Shown: piece by piece, positions 28,667 through 37,525 of the stretch
Numbering within the stretch: position 1 is the first letter of the stretch
How the letters are laid out: each line of letters starts with the position of its first letter
NCBI GenBank assembly: GCA_963676795.2
Contig: CAXXTB010000002.1
Span: 1,696,001 to 1,760,000 of the forward strand
Direction: 5' to 3'
Source: Geopsychrobacteraceae bacterium
GTDB lineage: Bacteria > Desulfobacterota > Desulfuromonadia > Desulfuromonadales > Geopsychrobacteraceae
Length of the DNA: 64,000 bases
The notes under the pieces: model-generated
Told to the model about the DNA's origin: nothing
The model's database searches: none
What the model saw: the letters and a program-made list of their open reading frames with translations, nothing else
Made by a program: the position numbers and the translations under genes

Positions 28667-29300
28667 TGAGCAACAGGAAGAACTTTGCGAACTGATTGCA
28701 GGTCTGAAGGAGCGCGAAAGCATTGCCCTTCTTCGGAAATTGCATGATCAGGGAGCAGACCCAACCGAGCTGTTCGAACTCTGCATCGAGGGAGTAAGAA
28801 GAGTTGGACTCCAGTTTGAAAGTGGTCGTTACTATATTTCCGCGCTCGTCATGGCTGGTGAAATTATGCGGCAGGTCTCCGAATACCTGAACAGCTATCT
28901 TCCCGCTGCGAGAGAAGATCATGTACTGGGAACCGTTCTGCTCGGAACAATTGAAGGCGATATTCACGACCTGGGCAAAAATATCCTAAAAAACCTGCTG
29001 ATCAACAACGGCTTTCAGGTTATTGACCTGGGCATCGATGTGTCAGTTGAAACCTTCGTTGAAAAAACATTAGAAATTAAGCCCGATTTTGTCGCCATCA
29101 GCTGCATCTTGACGCAATGTGTTGACCAACTGCATAAAGCGGTAAAGGATATTAAAAACATTCCACTGGCTAGCAAACCTATTGTCCTGATTGGCGGCGC
29201 TTGCGTTGATGAAGTTATCAATAATTTCGTTGGGGCCGACAACTGGTTCACAGACGCATTTCTGGCAGTTGATTTCTGTAAAAACAACGTAAAAGCATAG
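28629..29300 (+). CDS. Divergent corrinoid (B12-binding) protein overlapping the GntR gene
   Basis: GDIHDLGK, SCILT, IGGA; start approximate. Confidence 0.88.
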   Translation: MITKLKPKQAVSSEQQEELCELIAGLKERESIALLRKLHDQGADPTELFELCIEGVRRVGLQFESGRYYISALVMAGEIMRQVSEYLNSYLPAAREDHVLGTVLLGTIEGDIHDLGKNILKNLLINNGFQVIDLGIDVSVETFVEKTLEIKPDFVAISCILTQCVDQLHKAVKDIKNIPLASKPIVLIGGACVDEVINNFVGADNWFTDAFLAVDFCKNNVKA

Positions 29301-29400
29301 GTACTGGGCAGGCACAACTCTAACCAGGGTCTGGGTAACAGAGTTGTCGTGTTTTTCTTGCAAGGCTCGAGGAATTTTTTAACGGAACTGGATAAAAATC

Positions 29401-31005
29401 ATGGCCAACAACAAAACTGTACGTTTAATTTCTCATAACAATACAGAGCTTAGCGTTCCATCTGGAACGAATCTCCTTGAAGCCCTCAGCGAGAACGGTA
29501 TTTTCGTTCGCTCAGATTGCGGTGGCAGAGGAACTTGCGGAAAATGCCGAGTTGAAGAGACTACAGCTGACAGTAAGGTTGAAATCCTGGCCTGCGTTAC
29601 CAATATCGACGGAGATCTGACCGTCAATATCCCCCAGAAATCCCTGGCGTCGCCGTTTATTCTGACCAAGGCCCCCCTTGAGTTCCCCGAATATTTCAAG
29701 CATGATACTCTCCCGGCAGCCCAGAATGACGAGATCTATGATATCGCCATCGATCTTGGGACAACAACGATTGCCATCTATCTCTGTCATCGCAACAGCC
29801 GCGAGGTCGTTGCCTCAACTTCGCTCAAGAACCCCCAGTTCCCTTTTGGCGCAGATGTCATCAGTAGAATCAACGCCATCATCAAACAGCCGGCGCTTCT
29901 TGTCAGGCTGCAGCAGCTCGTCATAAAAGGGATCGAATGGGGCATCAATTCCCTGGTCGCCAAGGCTCCTCAGGACAATATTAATATCGACACTATACTC
30001 ATTGTCGGCAACCCGACCATGATTCATATTGTCAGCGGAACTGACCCCAAATCAATCGGAACAGCGCCTTACCTGCCAGCTTTCTATGAATCGAAACAGT
30101 TCCGCCCGGATGAGCTTGCCATCAATATCTCCTGCGCGAAGATTCAGACCATGCCGCAAGTCTCCGGCTTCATCGGCAGTGACGTGCTGGCAGCGGGATT
30201 GGCGGTTGATCTGCTCAATCAGCCGGATGGCACCCTGCTCATCGACCTCGGCACAAATGGCGAACTTCTGCTCAAGCACAAAGACGGCCTCCTTGCTGCG
30301 TCCTGCGCCACTGGTCCTGCCTTCGAAGGCGCTGAAATCGAATGCGGAGTTCAGGCAATACCTGGTGCCATCAACGAGGTACAGATCAATGACAACCAGC
30401 AGGTCGAATCATTGTCGATGATCAATCCGGATAAAATTGCCCATCTCAGACCTGTTGGTCTCTGCGGCCCTGGCATTATCAGTGCCATTGCCGAAATGTA
30501 TGACAAAGGAATCATCACCAAGACCGGAGCCTTCGCGGAAAGACAGAAACACTTCAACCTGACCGAACCCACGAGCACAGAACAGTCCGATGCCGTATTC
30601 ATCAGTGCCAAGGACATCCGTGCCATTCAGCTGGGCAAAGGCGCTCTGATCACCGGGATCGAAATGCTCCTAAAAGAAGCGGGCCTTGAGCTCCCAACCA
30701 AAATTCTTATCGCCGGAGCTTTTGGTAGCCATGTCAAGGTGGACGACATGCTGCGTCTGGGGATGATTACCGAGGCCCAGACAATTGAATCGGTAGGCAA
30801 TGCAGCCGGTGCCGGTGCCGTCATGGCTGTCTGCGATGAATCAATCAGACAATCACTTCTCGACATCGCCGAAAAAACCCGAACCATAGATCTATTCCGC
30901 AACGCGGCGTTCCAAAAAGCGTTTTTAGCAAATCTGAACTTTCCGCCACTCGCTGGAGAAGTTGAAGAAAGCAGCGATCAGGTTTTGGATATCGCCAATT
31001 CCTGA
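29401..31005 (+). CDS. Second ATP-dependent corrinoid reductive activator (2Fe-2S plus ASKHA)
   Basis: CGGRGTCGKC, DLGTT, NPQFPFGADVISR, DLGTNGE, ATGPAFEG, AGAFG, GNAAG. Confidence 0.92.
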   Translation: MANNKTVRLISHNNTELSVPSGTNLLEALSENGIFVRSDCGGRGTCGKCRVEETTADSKVEILACVTNIDGDLTVNIPQKSLASPFILTKAPLEFPEYFKHDTLPAAQNDEIYDIAIDLGTTTIAIYLCHRNSREVVASTSLKNPQFPFGADVISRINAIIKQPALLVRLQQLVIKGIEWGINSLVAKAPQDNINIDTILIVGNPTMIHIVSGTDPKSIGTAPYLPAFYESKQFRPDELAINISCAKIQTMPQVSGFIGSDVLAAGLAVDLLNQPDGTLLIDLGTNGELLLKHKDGLLAASCATGPAFEGAEIECGVQAIPGAINEVQINDNQQVESLSMINPDKIAHLRPVGLCGPGIISAIAEMYDKGIITKTGAFAERQKHFNLTEPTSTEQSDAVFISAKDIRAIQLGKGALITGIEMLLKEAGLELPTKILIAGAFGSHVKVDDMLRLGMITEAQTIESVGNAAGAGAVMAVCDESIRQSLLDIAEKTRTIDLFRNAAFQKAFLANLNFPPLAGEVEESSDQVLDIANS

Positions 31006-31104
31006 TTTCAGCTCTCACAAAAACAAAGGGCTGTCCTGGAAAACCAAAAGCCATGGACAGCCCCTCACGAAAAACCAATTCCTCACGGTTAAACAGGTCT
31101 TCAG

Positions 31105-32049
31105 TTACTGCACCAAAGCCTTTTCGAGCAGGTCAGTACGGATAGAGTCCCTGATGTCTGGTGCGCTAGAGATCGCACCAAAATCAGCCAGCGCAGCTCC
31201 TGTCTGATTCAGGCTGTTAAGCGTTGCATCATTCAGGGTCATGGCAAATTGATGATTGGCGAGACTTTGGCGGCTCAGCTCGACAGCCATACCGGTCACC
31301 CGACTCAAAAGGAGGCTGACCTCCTCCGGACTGCGATTTACCCTGTCGACTGCCTGAGCCATCGCCCTCAGAAATTGCACGACCTGCTCTTCATGCCCCT
31401 CAACATACTTTTTTCTGGCCACCAGGAGAATCGGGTAGTTGTTCCCCAGCCCCGAAAGGTCGCCGAAAGAGTGCCCTCCCCTGACCTCTGCCAAGGTTGG
31501 TGTCGGTTCACTGGCGCAGAGGACGTCTATCGATCCAGCACTCAACGCTTCAATCATGTCACCCGGCCGCATATCAACCAGGTTGATATCGCTGCGACTC
31601 ATGTTGTTTCTGGCCAGCCAGGCGAGTAAGCCTCCGTAGGTTGATGTGCCTTTCTTTACGGCTATGGTTTTTCCCTTCAGATCAGAAGGAACCTTAAGCT
31701 CAAGCCCCTTGCGACTGATCATACGATGGCGGTATTCACCGCCACCATAACTGGCCAGAACAACCAGTCCGGCATTCCGGGCGCAGGAGATGACCACTGC
31801 AGCATCCCCCATAGTGCCGATGTCTGCAGCACCGGTATAGAGCGCCTCGGAGGTCGCGGGGCCACTGGAGAATCGCATCCGTTTGATCTGCAAACCGGCA
31901 GCCGAAAAGATCCCCTCTTCCAGGGCGACGATGCTGGCAGCATCGGCAACCCGGTCCTGATAAGCAAAACGGATCTCATCAGCACAACTGAACGAGGAAA
32001 CCAAAACAAGAAGCAAAACAGGCAGGAACGTACATTTAATGTTCATCAT
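31105..32049 (-). CDS. NitT/TauT/SsuA-type ABC substrate-binding protein
   Basis: Signal peptide, FSSGP, GAADIGTMGD, DLKGKTIA. Confidence 0.88.
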   Translation of the reverse strand: MMNIKCTFLPVLLLVLVSSFSCADEIRFAYQDRVADAASIVALEEGIFSAAGLQIKRMRFSSGPATSEALYTGAADIGTMGDAAVVISCARNAGLVVLASYGGGEYRHRMISRKGLELKVPSDLKGKTIAVKKGTSTYGGLLAWLARNNMSRSDINLVDMRPGDMIEALSAGSIDVLCASEPTPTLAEVRGGHSFGDLSGLGNNYPILLVARKKYVEGHEEQVVQFLRAMAQAVDRVNRSPEEVSLLLSRVTGMAVELSRQSLANHQFAMTLNDATLNSLNQTGAALADFGAISSAPDIRDSIRTDLLEKALVQ

Positions 32050-32839
32050 TTTGACCTTTTTGGTGCAAAGCAGGAGCGAGACAGCAAGGAAGATCCATCA
32101 ACAACTGGCGCAACTGTTCTGACGTACGCCGAATACTTTCGTCAGTCCGGCTGCGCGGACGGGTGCCATCCAGTTTAATTTCGGTTCTAATCGATTCTGG
32201 GGACGGCCCTATGACGACAATGCGATCGGCGAGATAAACGGCCTCTTCAACATTGTGAGTGACAAACAGTACTGTTTTTTTATCCATTGACCAGATGCGC
32301 AGCAATTCATCCTGTAGTCGTTCCCTGGTGTTGTTATCAAGAGCGCTGAAAGGCTCATCCATCAACAAGGCTCTTGGCCCTAAAGCCAGAACCCTGGCCA
32401 GAGCCACACGCTGACGCATTCCTCCGGACAGTTCATGAGGGTAGTGATGCCCCTTGCCTGGCAAACCGACAAGGGCAAGAATCTCCTCGACAATCCGTTG
32501 TCGTTCAGCGGTTGGTAGCTTTTTCGCTTCCAAACCCAGATCGATATTTTTTGCAGCCGTGAACCAGGGGAAAAGTGTGGCCTCCTGAAAAACGACACCC
32601 CGATCAGGAGATGGTCCTGAAATCGGCTGACCGAAAAAGTCTATTGTTCCGGTATCCGGCTTGAGAAAACCAGCCAGAAGATTCAACAGGGTGGATTTTC
32701 CACAACCACTGGGACCAAGCAGGCAGACAAATTCATTCTCAGCAATATCAAGTGAAATGTTGCTGAGCGCCTGTACCACAGAACCCTGCTGATGATTAAC
32801 AAAGGCCTTACTGACCTGTTGGTAGGAAATCGCCGTCAC
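32036..32839 (-). CDS. NitT/TauT-type ABC ATP-binding protein
   Basis: GPSGCGKST, LSGGMRQR, LLMDEPF, VTHNVEEA; GTG start overlaps the permease stop. Confidence 0.93.
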   Translation of the reverse strand: MTAISYQQVSKAFVNHQQGSVVQALSNISLDIAENEFVCLLGPSGCGKSTLLNLLAGFLKPDTGTIDFFGQPISGPSPDRGVVFQEATLFPWFTAAKNIDLGLEAKKLPTAERQRIVEEILALVGLPGKGHHYPHELSGGMRQRVALARVLALGPRALLMDEPFSALDNNTRERLQDELLRIWSMDKKTVLFVTHNVEEAVYLADRIVVIGPSPESIRTEIKLDGTRPRSRTDESIRRTSEQLRQLLMDLPCCLAPALHQKGQNDEH

Positions 32840-33642
32840 TGTTCCCTCTGTAGCCCCCAAACCTCGATTGTCCTGCGTTCCAATGGCAAAAATATCAGAC
32901 GTTCGACGGCAAGACCGATCAGGCAGATAATGACCAGGCAAGAAAAGGCACTGGTAAAATCGAGTGTCCAGCGTGACTGAATAATCGCATAGCCGAGCCC
33001 CGAGCCACTACCGACGATCATCTCAGCAGCAACCAGCACTCTCCAGCCATTACCCAGCCCGATACGCAACCCACTGAGTATCTGCGGCAGAGCTCCCGGC
33101 AGCAGAACCATGGAAAAAAACATATAACGATTCAGGCCAAGCATTCTGGCCGCCCGAATATAGGTTTCGTCAATTTGCCTGACACCGGCGACAACATTGA
33201 TAACAACAGGAGCGAAAGCGGTCATGGTGATCATGAACACAGTCGACGCTTCTCCAACCCCAAACAACAAAAGCGCCACCGGAATCCAGGCCAAGCCAGG
33301 AATCATTTGCAGCACATGAACCGTCGGCATACTAATACGGGCCAAAGGTTTCCACCAGCCGGCAACAAGACCAAATATCAGGCCAGAGAATGAAGCGATA
33401 ACAAATCCGATCAACCAGCGAAGCAGACTGTTAAAGGTATGCAGGTAAAGGCTGTGTTCAAGAAGCAGTTCACCATTCAGCAGAATAAACAGTCTGCGCA
33501 AAGTTGACAGCGGTGTGGGGAATGGAACATCTCGGAGCCAGGTGACGACAGAGGCAACAAAAAACCAGAGGATCAGCACAAGAAATGCTGCTGCAAATAC
33601 ATAAATCAGCTCGCTGTGCTTGCGTAGAGAGCTCTTTATCAT
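32836..33642 (-). CDS. NitT/TauT-type ABC permease
   Basis: IPGLAWIP, AARMLG, LVAAEM...GLGY; start may be 33669. Confidence 0.92.
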   Translation of the reverse strand: MIKSSLRKHSELIYVFAAAFLVLILWFFVASVVTWLRDVPFPTPLSTLRRLFILLNGELLLEHSLYLHTFNSLLRWLIGFVIASFSGLIFGLVAGWWKPLARISMPTVHVLQMIPGLAWIPVALLLFGVGEASTVFMITMTAFAPVVINVVAGVRQIDETYIRAARMLGLNRYMFFSMVLLPGALPQILSGLRIGLGNGWRVLVAAEMIVGSGSGLGYAIIQSRWTLDFTSAFSCLVIICLIGLAVERLIFLPLERRTIEVWGLQREQ

Positions 33643-33677
33643 GCTGCCACCTGTTGTTCTGTCTGCCATGACACGCC

Positions 33678-34007
33678 TTATTTTGAACAGCAGTCTCTGC
33701 TTTTCAGGCCGCCCGAAGCGAGCTGCTTATAGTCCCCAAGAGCATCGTGAGTCCAGCAGTCATCGCCGCCTGCACTCTCTCTGAAAGTCAATGCCATGAT
33801 ATATGCAAGCTCCGTCTCCGTGGCTCCTGCATCCAGAGCTCCAAGATAGTGCTTGATCAGACACGGCTTTGATCGGTTCTTTATGGAGAGAGCGAAACAG
33901 ATAAATTGATAAGTCTTTTCGTCTATGGACCGCTTATCTTTGTACAGTTTGTCTATCTTGTCAAATTCTTCAGCAAATTCCGGGAAAAACTCAGCAAGCA
34001 GGCGCAT
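33678..34007 (-). CDS. Carboxymuconolactone decarboxylase/AhpD-like small protein
   Basis: IDEKTYQFICFAL...PCLIKHYLGALDAGATETEL pattern; ends in CCSK. Confidence 0.75.
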   Translation of the reverse strand: MRLLAEFFPEFAEEFDKIDKLYKDKRSIDEKTYQFICFALSIKNRSKPCLIKHYLGALDAGATETELAYIMALTFRESAGGDDCWTHDALGDYKQLASGGLKSRDCCSK

Positions 34008-34095
34008 GGCATACTCCGTTGTAAAGAAAATCAAAATTGACAGCACGCAAATATTCAATTTTAAAAGGGATTACTTGCGTATTGTGAGTAGACGG

Positions 34096-34929
34096 CTAAA
34101 TCTGTTTTTTCATTTGAGCACAAGAACATTTCTGCATACGTTTCATGGCAGGCTCGATAATTGATAGGAAGAAAGCAGAGGCAGCAGCGCCACCCACTAA
34201 CGGGCCAAGAATATATACATAGAAGAAGCCGCCTGAAGAGTCAGGGAAGGCGGCACTGTCCCAGCCCATGACACAGGCGACAAGCCGCGGACCAAAATCA
34301 CGGGCTGGATTCAAACCGGCCTGAGTCAAAGGGGCAATCAAACAGATGAGTGAGGTTACCGTGAGACCGATGAAGACTGGAGCAAGGGCGACATCCGGCC
34401 GTCCGACATTGCATCCTTCCGTCAGGGCAAAAATCAACAGGACGAGAAAGAAGGTACCAAACGCCTCGGCAGCTAAAGCTAGAGGCAGGGAGACCACCGC
34501 ATTGTAGCTGGGATTCGGGTAATACTCGCCAAAGATCATCGCCGTTTTGACAGAGTCCGGCGCGCCGCGCACGATGCCCTGAGACAGTTCATAAGCTGCT
34601 ATGGAATCCGCAAAAAACAGATAGAGAATAAACCCGGCCAGAAGAGCACCAACAAATTGCGCAACGAGATAAACTGGCAGTTTCTGCCAGATCATTCGCT
34701 TCGCCAGGACCATGGCGATGCTGACCGCAGGATTCAGGTGAGCACAGGACAGATGACGCGTCAGGTAGATAGCCAGGGTCACCCCGACTCCCCAGACCAG
34801 CGCGACCTGCAATAGGCTCTGATGAGCATGAAATAGTACCGAGACCGCTACCGAACCGCAGCCGAACAGAACAAGCAGAAAGGTTCCAAGGGCCTCACCT
34901 ATCAACTCTTTGGAGGATAGCCACTGCAT
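34096..34929 (-). CDS. MIP-family channel (aquaglyceroporin/GlpF-like)
   Basis: Two NPA boxes, HLNPAVS and LNPARDFGPR (Asp after the second NPA marks the glyceroporin type). Confidence 0.93.
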   Translation of the reverse strand: MQWLSSKELIGEALGTFLLVLFGCGSVAVSVLFHAHQSLLQVALVWGVGVTLAIYLTRHLSCAHLNPAVSIAMVLAKRMIWQKLPVYLVAQFVGALLAGFILYLFFADSIAAYELSQGIVRGAPDSVKTAMIFGEYYPNPSYNAVVSLPLALAAEAFGTFFLVLLIFALTEGCNVGRPDVALAPVFIGLTVTSLICLIAPLTQAGLNPARDFGPRLVACVMGWDSAAFPDSSGGFFYVYILGPLVGGAAASAFFLSIIEPAMKRMQKCSCAQMKKQI

Positions 34930-34945
34930 TTCCGCCTCCATTCCA

Positions 34946-35878
34946 TCAAAGGCTGCTCAGAAGTTCGGATATTTTCCTGTCCAGAACAGCGCCAATTTTC
35001 GAAACCAGGAATATTCCGAGGGCAGGTTTTGATCCGACATATCTGTGAACATGCACTCGGTTGCCGACACAGTCGATCTGTAAAAGCTCGCTATCAACGG
35101 CAACAATCCCCTTGATTCGGTAGGTATCCGGGGCAACCTGATGTAAAAAACTCAACAACTTCTCACGAGAATGGATCCATTTGGCAGGCAAGGTAAATGA
35201 GACAGGCCGTCCCTGCTCTCCCCAACCTGCATAACGAGCCAGATCTTCATCCGTCAATGAGGGTGAAACTCTCGGCAAACTCAACAGGCCCATGTCAATT
35301 TCACAGTAACTGGTTCTCAGGATTGCAGCACCGGGCCTCATCGCGCTGAGTTTGTCTTCGATGCGCGCCAACTGGTCCTCGGAAACCAGATCCATTTTAT
35401 TTATTAAAAAGACATCGCTGAATTCGATCTGTTCATCAACGGCGCTCAGGACTGAACTCAGATCTTCATATGTATCGGCATCGATAACACAGATCATGCC
35501 TTTATATTCAAATGCTCCCGGAGCCTTGGCAAAAGCTTCCGAAAGAATATCCATAATCGGTGTCGGTTTTGCCAGACCAGAGCATTCTACGAAGAAATAA
35601 TCGATTTCCTTGTCGGCAAACGAGCAGAGTGAATCAACAAAAGATCCGGACAGGCAGCTGCAGAAAATCTGACCACCGTTCAGTTCGGCAGTCATAATAC
35701 CGTCGGCTTCTTTCAACAGACATGCATCGACATCAAGATCGCCAAAATCATTGATCAGAATGCCCAGCTTAGCCCCGGGTAACAGATCGATCAGACGGTT
35801 GATCAAAGTTGTTTTTCCAGCCCCGAGAAAACCTGTCAAGATATAGACGGGTATGACTTTTTTCGTGGAGTCATGCAT
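34946..35878 (-). CDS. CobW/COG0523-family GTPase (second copy, no His-rich linker)
   Basis: GFLGAGKT, GGQIFCSC, ECSGLAKP, NKMD, YRIKG. Confidence 0.88.
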   Translation of the reverse strand: MHDSTKKVIPVYILTGFLGAGKTTLINRLIDLLPGAKLGILINDFGDLDVDACLLKEADGIMTAELNGGQIFCSCLSGSFVDSLCSFADKEIDYFFVECSGLAKPTPIMDILSEAFAKAPGAFEYKGMICVIDADTYEDLSSVLSAVDEQIEFSDVFLINKMDLVSEDQLARIEDKLSAMRPGAAILRTSYCEIDMGLLSLPRVSPSLTDEDLARYAGWGEQGRPVSFTLPAKWIHSREKLLSFLHQVAPDTYRIKGIVAVDSELLQIDCVGNRVHVHRYVGSKPALGIFLVSKIGAVLDRKISELLSSL

Positions 35879-35989
35879 TTTTCAGATCCGTTTCAGCTGA
35901 ATCAATAGTGACATATGACAGAAGAGTGGAATCAGCCTTGAAAATAGGTCTCTATCAAGGCTGATTCCATCAATCAACAGCAAGGTATA

Positions 35990-37336
35990 TTACAAAGCCT
36001 TGTCAATTTCAGCAAAGAACTCATCCTGGCTCGGAATGATGGACGAGTACTTGAGCTCACCATTGATATAGATACTTGGCAATTGCTTGACACCAATCTT
36101 GTGCATGCGCGCAATATTCTGTGGATCATTGTATTTATATTCAATGGTTTCGATCTTGTCACCGTAGTGTGCCTGCGCATCTTTGACGGCAGCCCACATG
36201 TAGGTACAGGCGGCACAGGAATCGGAATCGAGGGTAAAGGCCTCGATGAGTGGCTTCTCGAGGTTTGCGTAGTCAGGCAGCTCACCTTCGAACTCAATCG
36301 CTTCGGCCTGGTAGTTAGCGAGCATCTGACGTGCAGCCTCAGGATTGAAGACAGCCTGCTGAGCTGCGGTGGTGTTTTCGATCGGCGTATCGTAAGCCAT
36401 ATCACAACCAGGGGCGATGATCAGGTTCTTATGATCCAACGAATCGAGCAGATCGATGACGGCCTTCATGTTGTCCTGCTGATTACCGTAGAGCATGACC
36501 GTGGTCAGTGGCAGGTTACCGGCAATAACGATATTGTGAGCATCGGAGATCTTTTTACACTCGATCATCGAGCAGTTCTCGTCAAGACCAATGCTGTCAG
36601 GACCGGTCTTGCACATCTCATCAATATTGAAGGTCGCGTTACCACAGACAAAGAAGGCTGAGAAGCGACCCTTTTCACGGATATAGTCGAAAATGGCCTT
36701 GAACGGACCGTGCATCAGCTTGGCAAAATGCTTCGGAGAAATCTGGGAGACCAGAGGGTCGACAACCGAAATGACATCGGCACCTGCCTCGACATAGTAA
36801 TCAACCATCGCCTTGCCGATTTTGGTGGTATATTCAAGCAACTGGCTGGCGTATTCCGGGTTCTTGGTCATATCGCGGAAGAACTTGGTACCGCGCAGGT
36901 GAGAAGCCAGGGTAAAAGGACCACAGAAGAGACCGTAAAGAGCGGTTGTATCGCCGACAGCTTCCTTCAGCCGACGGGTTGCATTCAGAGCCATCGGCAT
37001 ACGGCCTTCATCAGGGCCTGGAATGTGAGTTGGAATTTCGTCAGTCGCGGACAGCGGATGGCTGCCGACTGCTGGTGGTGCACCATCTTTCCAGACCAGT
37101 TTACAGCCTAGAATCTCGGCTTCAATCTGCAGGTCGAACATGACCGGCTGACCATCAGGCTTGTAGAGCTTATTAACTTCGAGCAGAGATTCTACCAGTT
37201 TGTCTTCATCGGTGTAGACCTCGCCGGTTTTATAACCTAACAACTTGCCTGCATGCACCCCTGCATAGGGGACCCAAGGTACTCTCTCGACCTCTTCGTT
37301 ACGCAATACCTTCTCAATCAGTTCTTTTCCAGTCAT
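35990..37336 (-). CDS. UroD/MtaA-fold methyltransferase fused to a C-terminal thioredoxin-like CxxC domain
   Basis: RVPWVP, FDLQIEAEILG, GPFTLA, FFVCG, APGCD; C-terminal FTLDSDSCAACTYM...LPSIYING. Confidence 0.82.
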   Translation of the reverse strand: MTGKELIEKVLRNEEVERVPWVPYAGVHAGKLLGYKTGEVYTDEDKLVESLLEVNKLYKPDGQPVMFDLQIEAEILGCKLVWKDGAPPAVGSHPLSATDEIPTHIPGPDEGRMPMALNATRRLKEAVGDTTALYGLFCGPFTLASHLRGTKFFRDMTKNPEYASQLLEYTTKIGKAMVDYYVEAGADVISVVDPLVSQISPKHFAKLMHGPFKAIFDYIREKGRFSAFFVCGNATFNIDEMCKTGPDSIGLDENCSMIECKKISDAHNIVIAGNLPLTTVMLYGNQQDNMKAVIDLLDSLDHKNLIIAPGCDMAYDTPIENTTAAQQAVFNPEAARQMLANYQAEAIEFEGELPDYANLEKPLIEAFTLDSDSCAACTYMWAAVKDAQAHYGDKIETIEYKYNDPQNIARMHKIGVKQLPSIYINGELKYSSIIPSQDEFFAEIDKAL

Positions 37337-37377
37337 CATTTTCTCCATTCTAAGGTTATAAACTAAGCTCCCTCCCA

Positions 37378-37419
37378 AGTCTTATATAAGACTATATAAG
37401 GTTAAGAGATTTGATGCAA
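37378..37419 (-). promoter_or_regulatory. Sigma70-like promoter overlapped by a second perfect operator AGTCTTATATAAGACT (37378-37393)
   Basis: Minus-strand TTGCAT (37419-37414)-N17-TATAGT (37396-37391). Confidence 0.75.
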
Positions 37420-37492
37420 CACATTTCTTTAGCGAGAAAGTCTGGTCCACAAAAAAAACGCCTCGATCTGTTAGCCTACTTACTATTGATAT

Positions 37493-37519
37493 AAAAAGAG
37501 TTGCCAAATGGCAACTCTT
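37493..37519 (-). terminator. Rho-independent terminator of the bzaF-like gene
   Basis: AAGAGTTGCCA/TGGCAACTCTT hairpin followed by a T-tract on the minus strand. Confidence 0.7.
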
Positions 37520-37525
37520 AACATT

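Noticed and set aside
969..29300. Mercury methylation (hgcAB), reductive dehalogenase or pyrrolysine methylamine methyltransferases
   Set aside because: No HgcA cap-helix NVWCAAGK, no Tat/2x4Fe-4S RdhA, and no MttB-like gene or in-frame amber codon seen.
1623..37336. UroD-fold genes as heme-pathway uroporphyrinogen decarboxylases (hemE)
   Set aside because: No HemE N-terminal RQAGR motif, seven copies, and they cluster with corrinoid proteins and activators.
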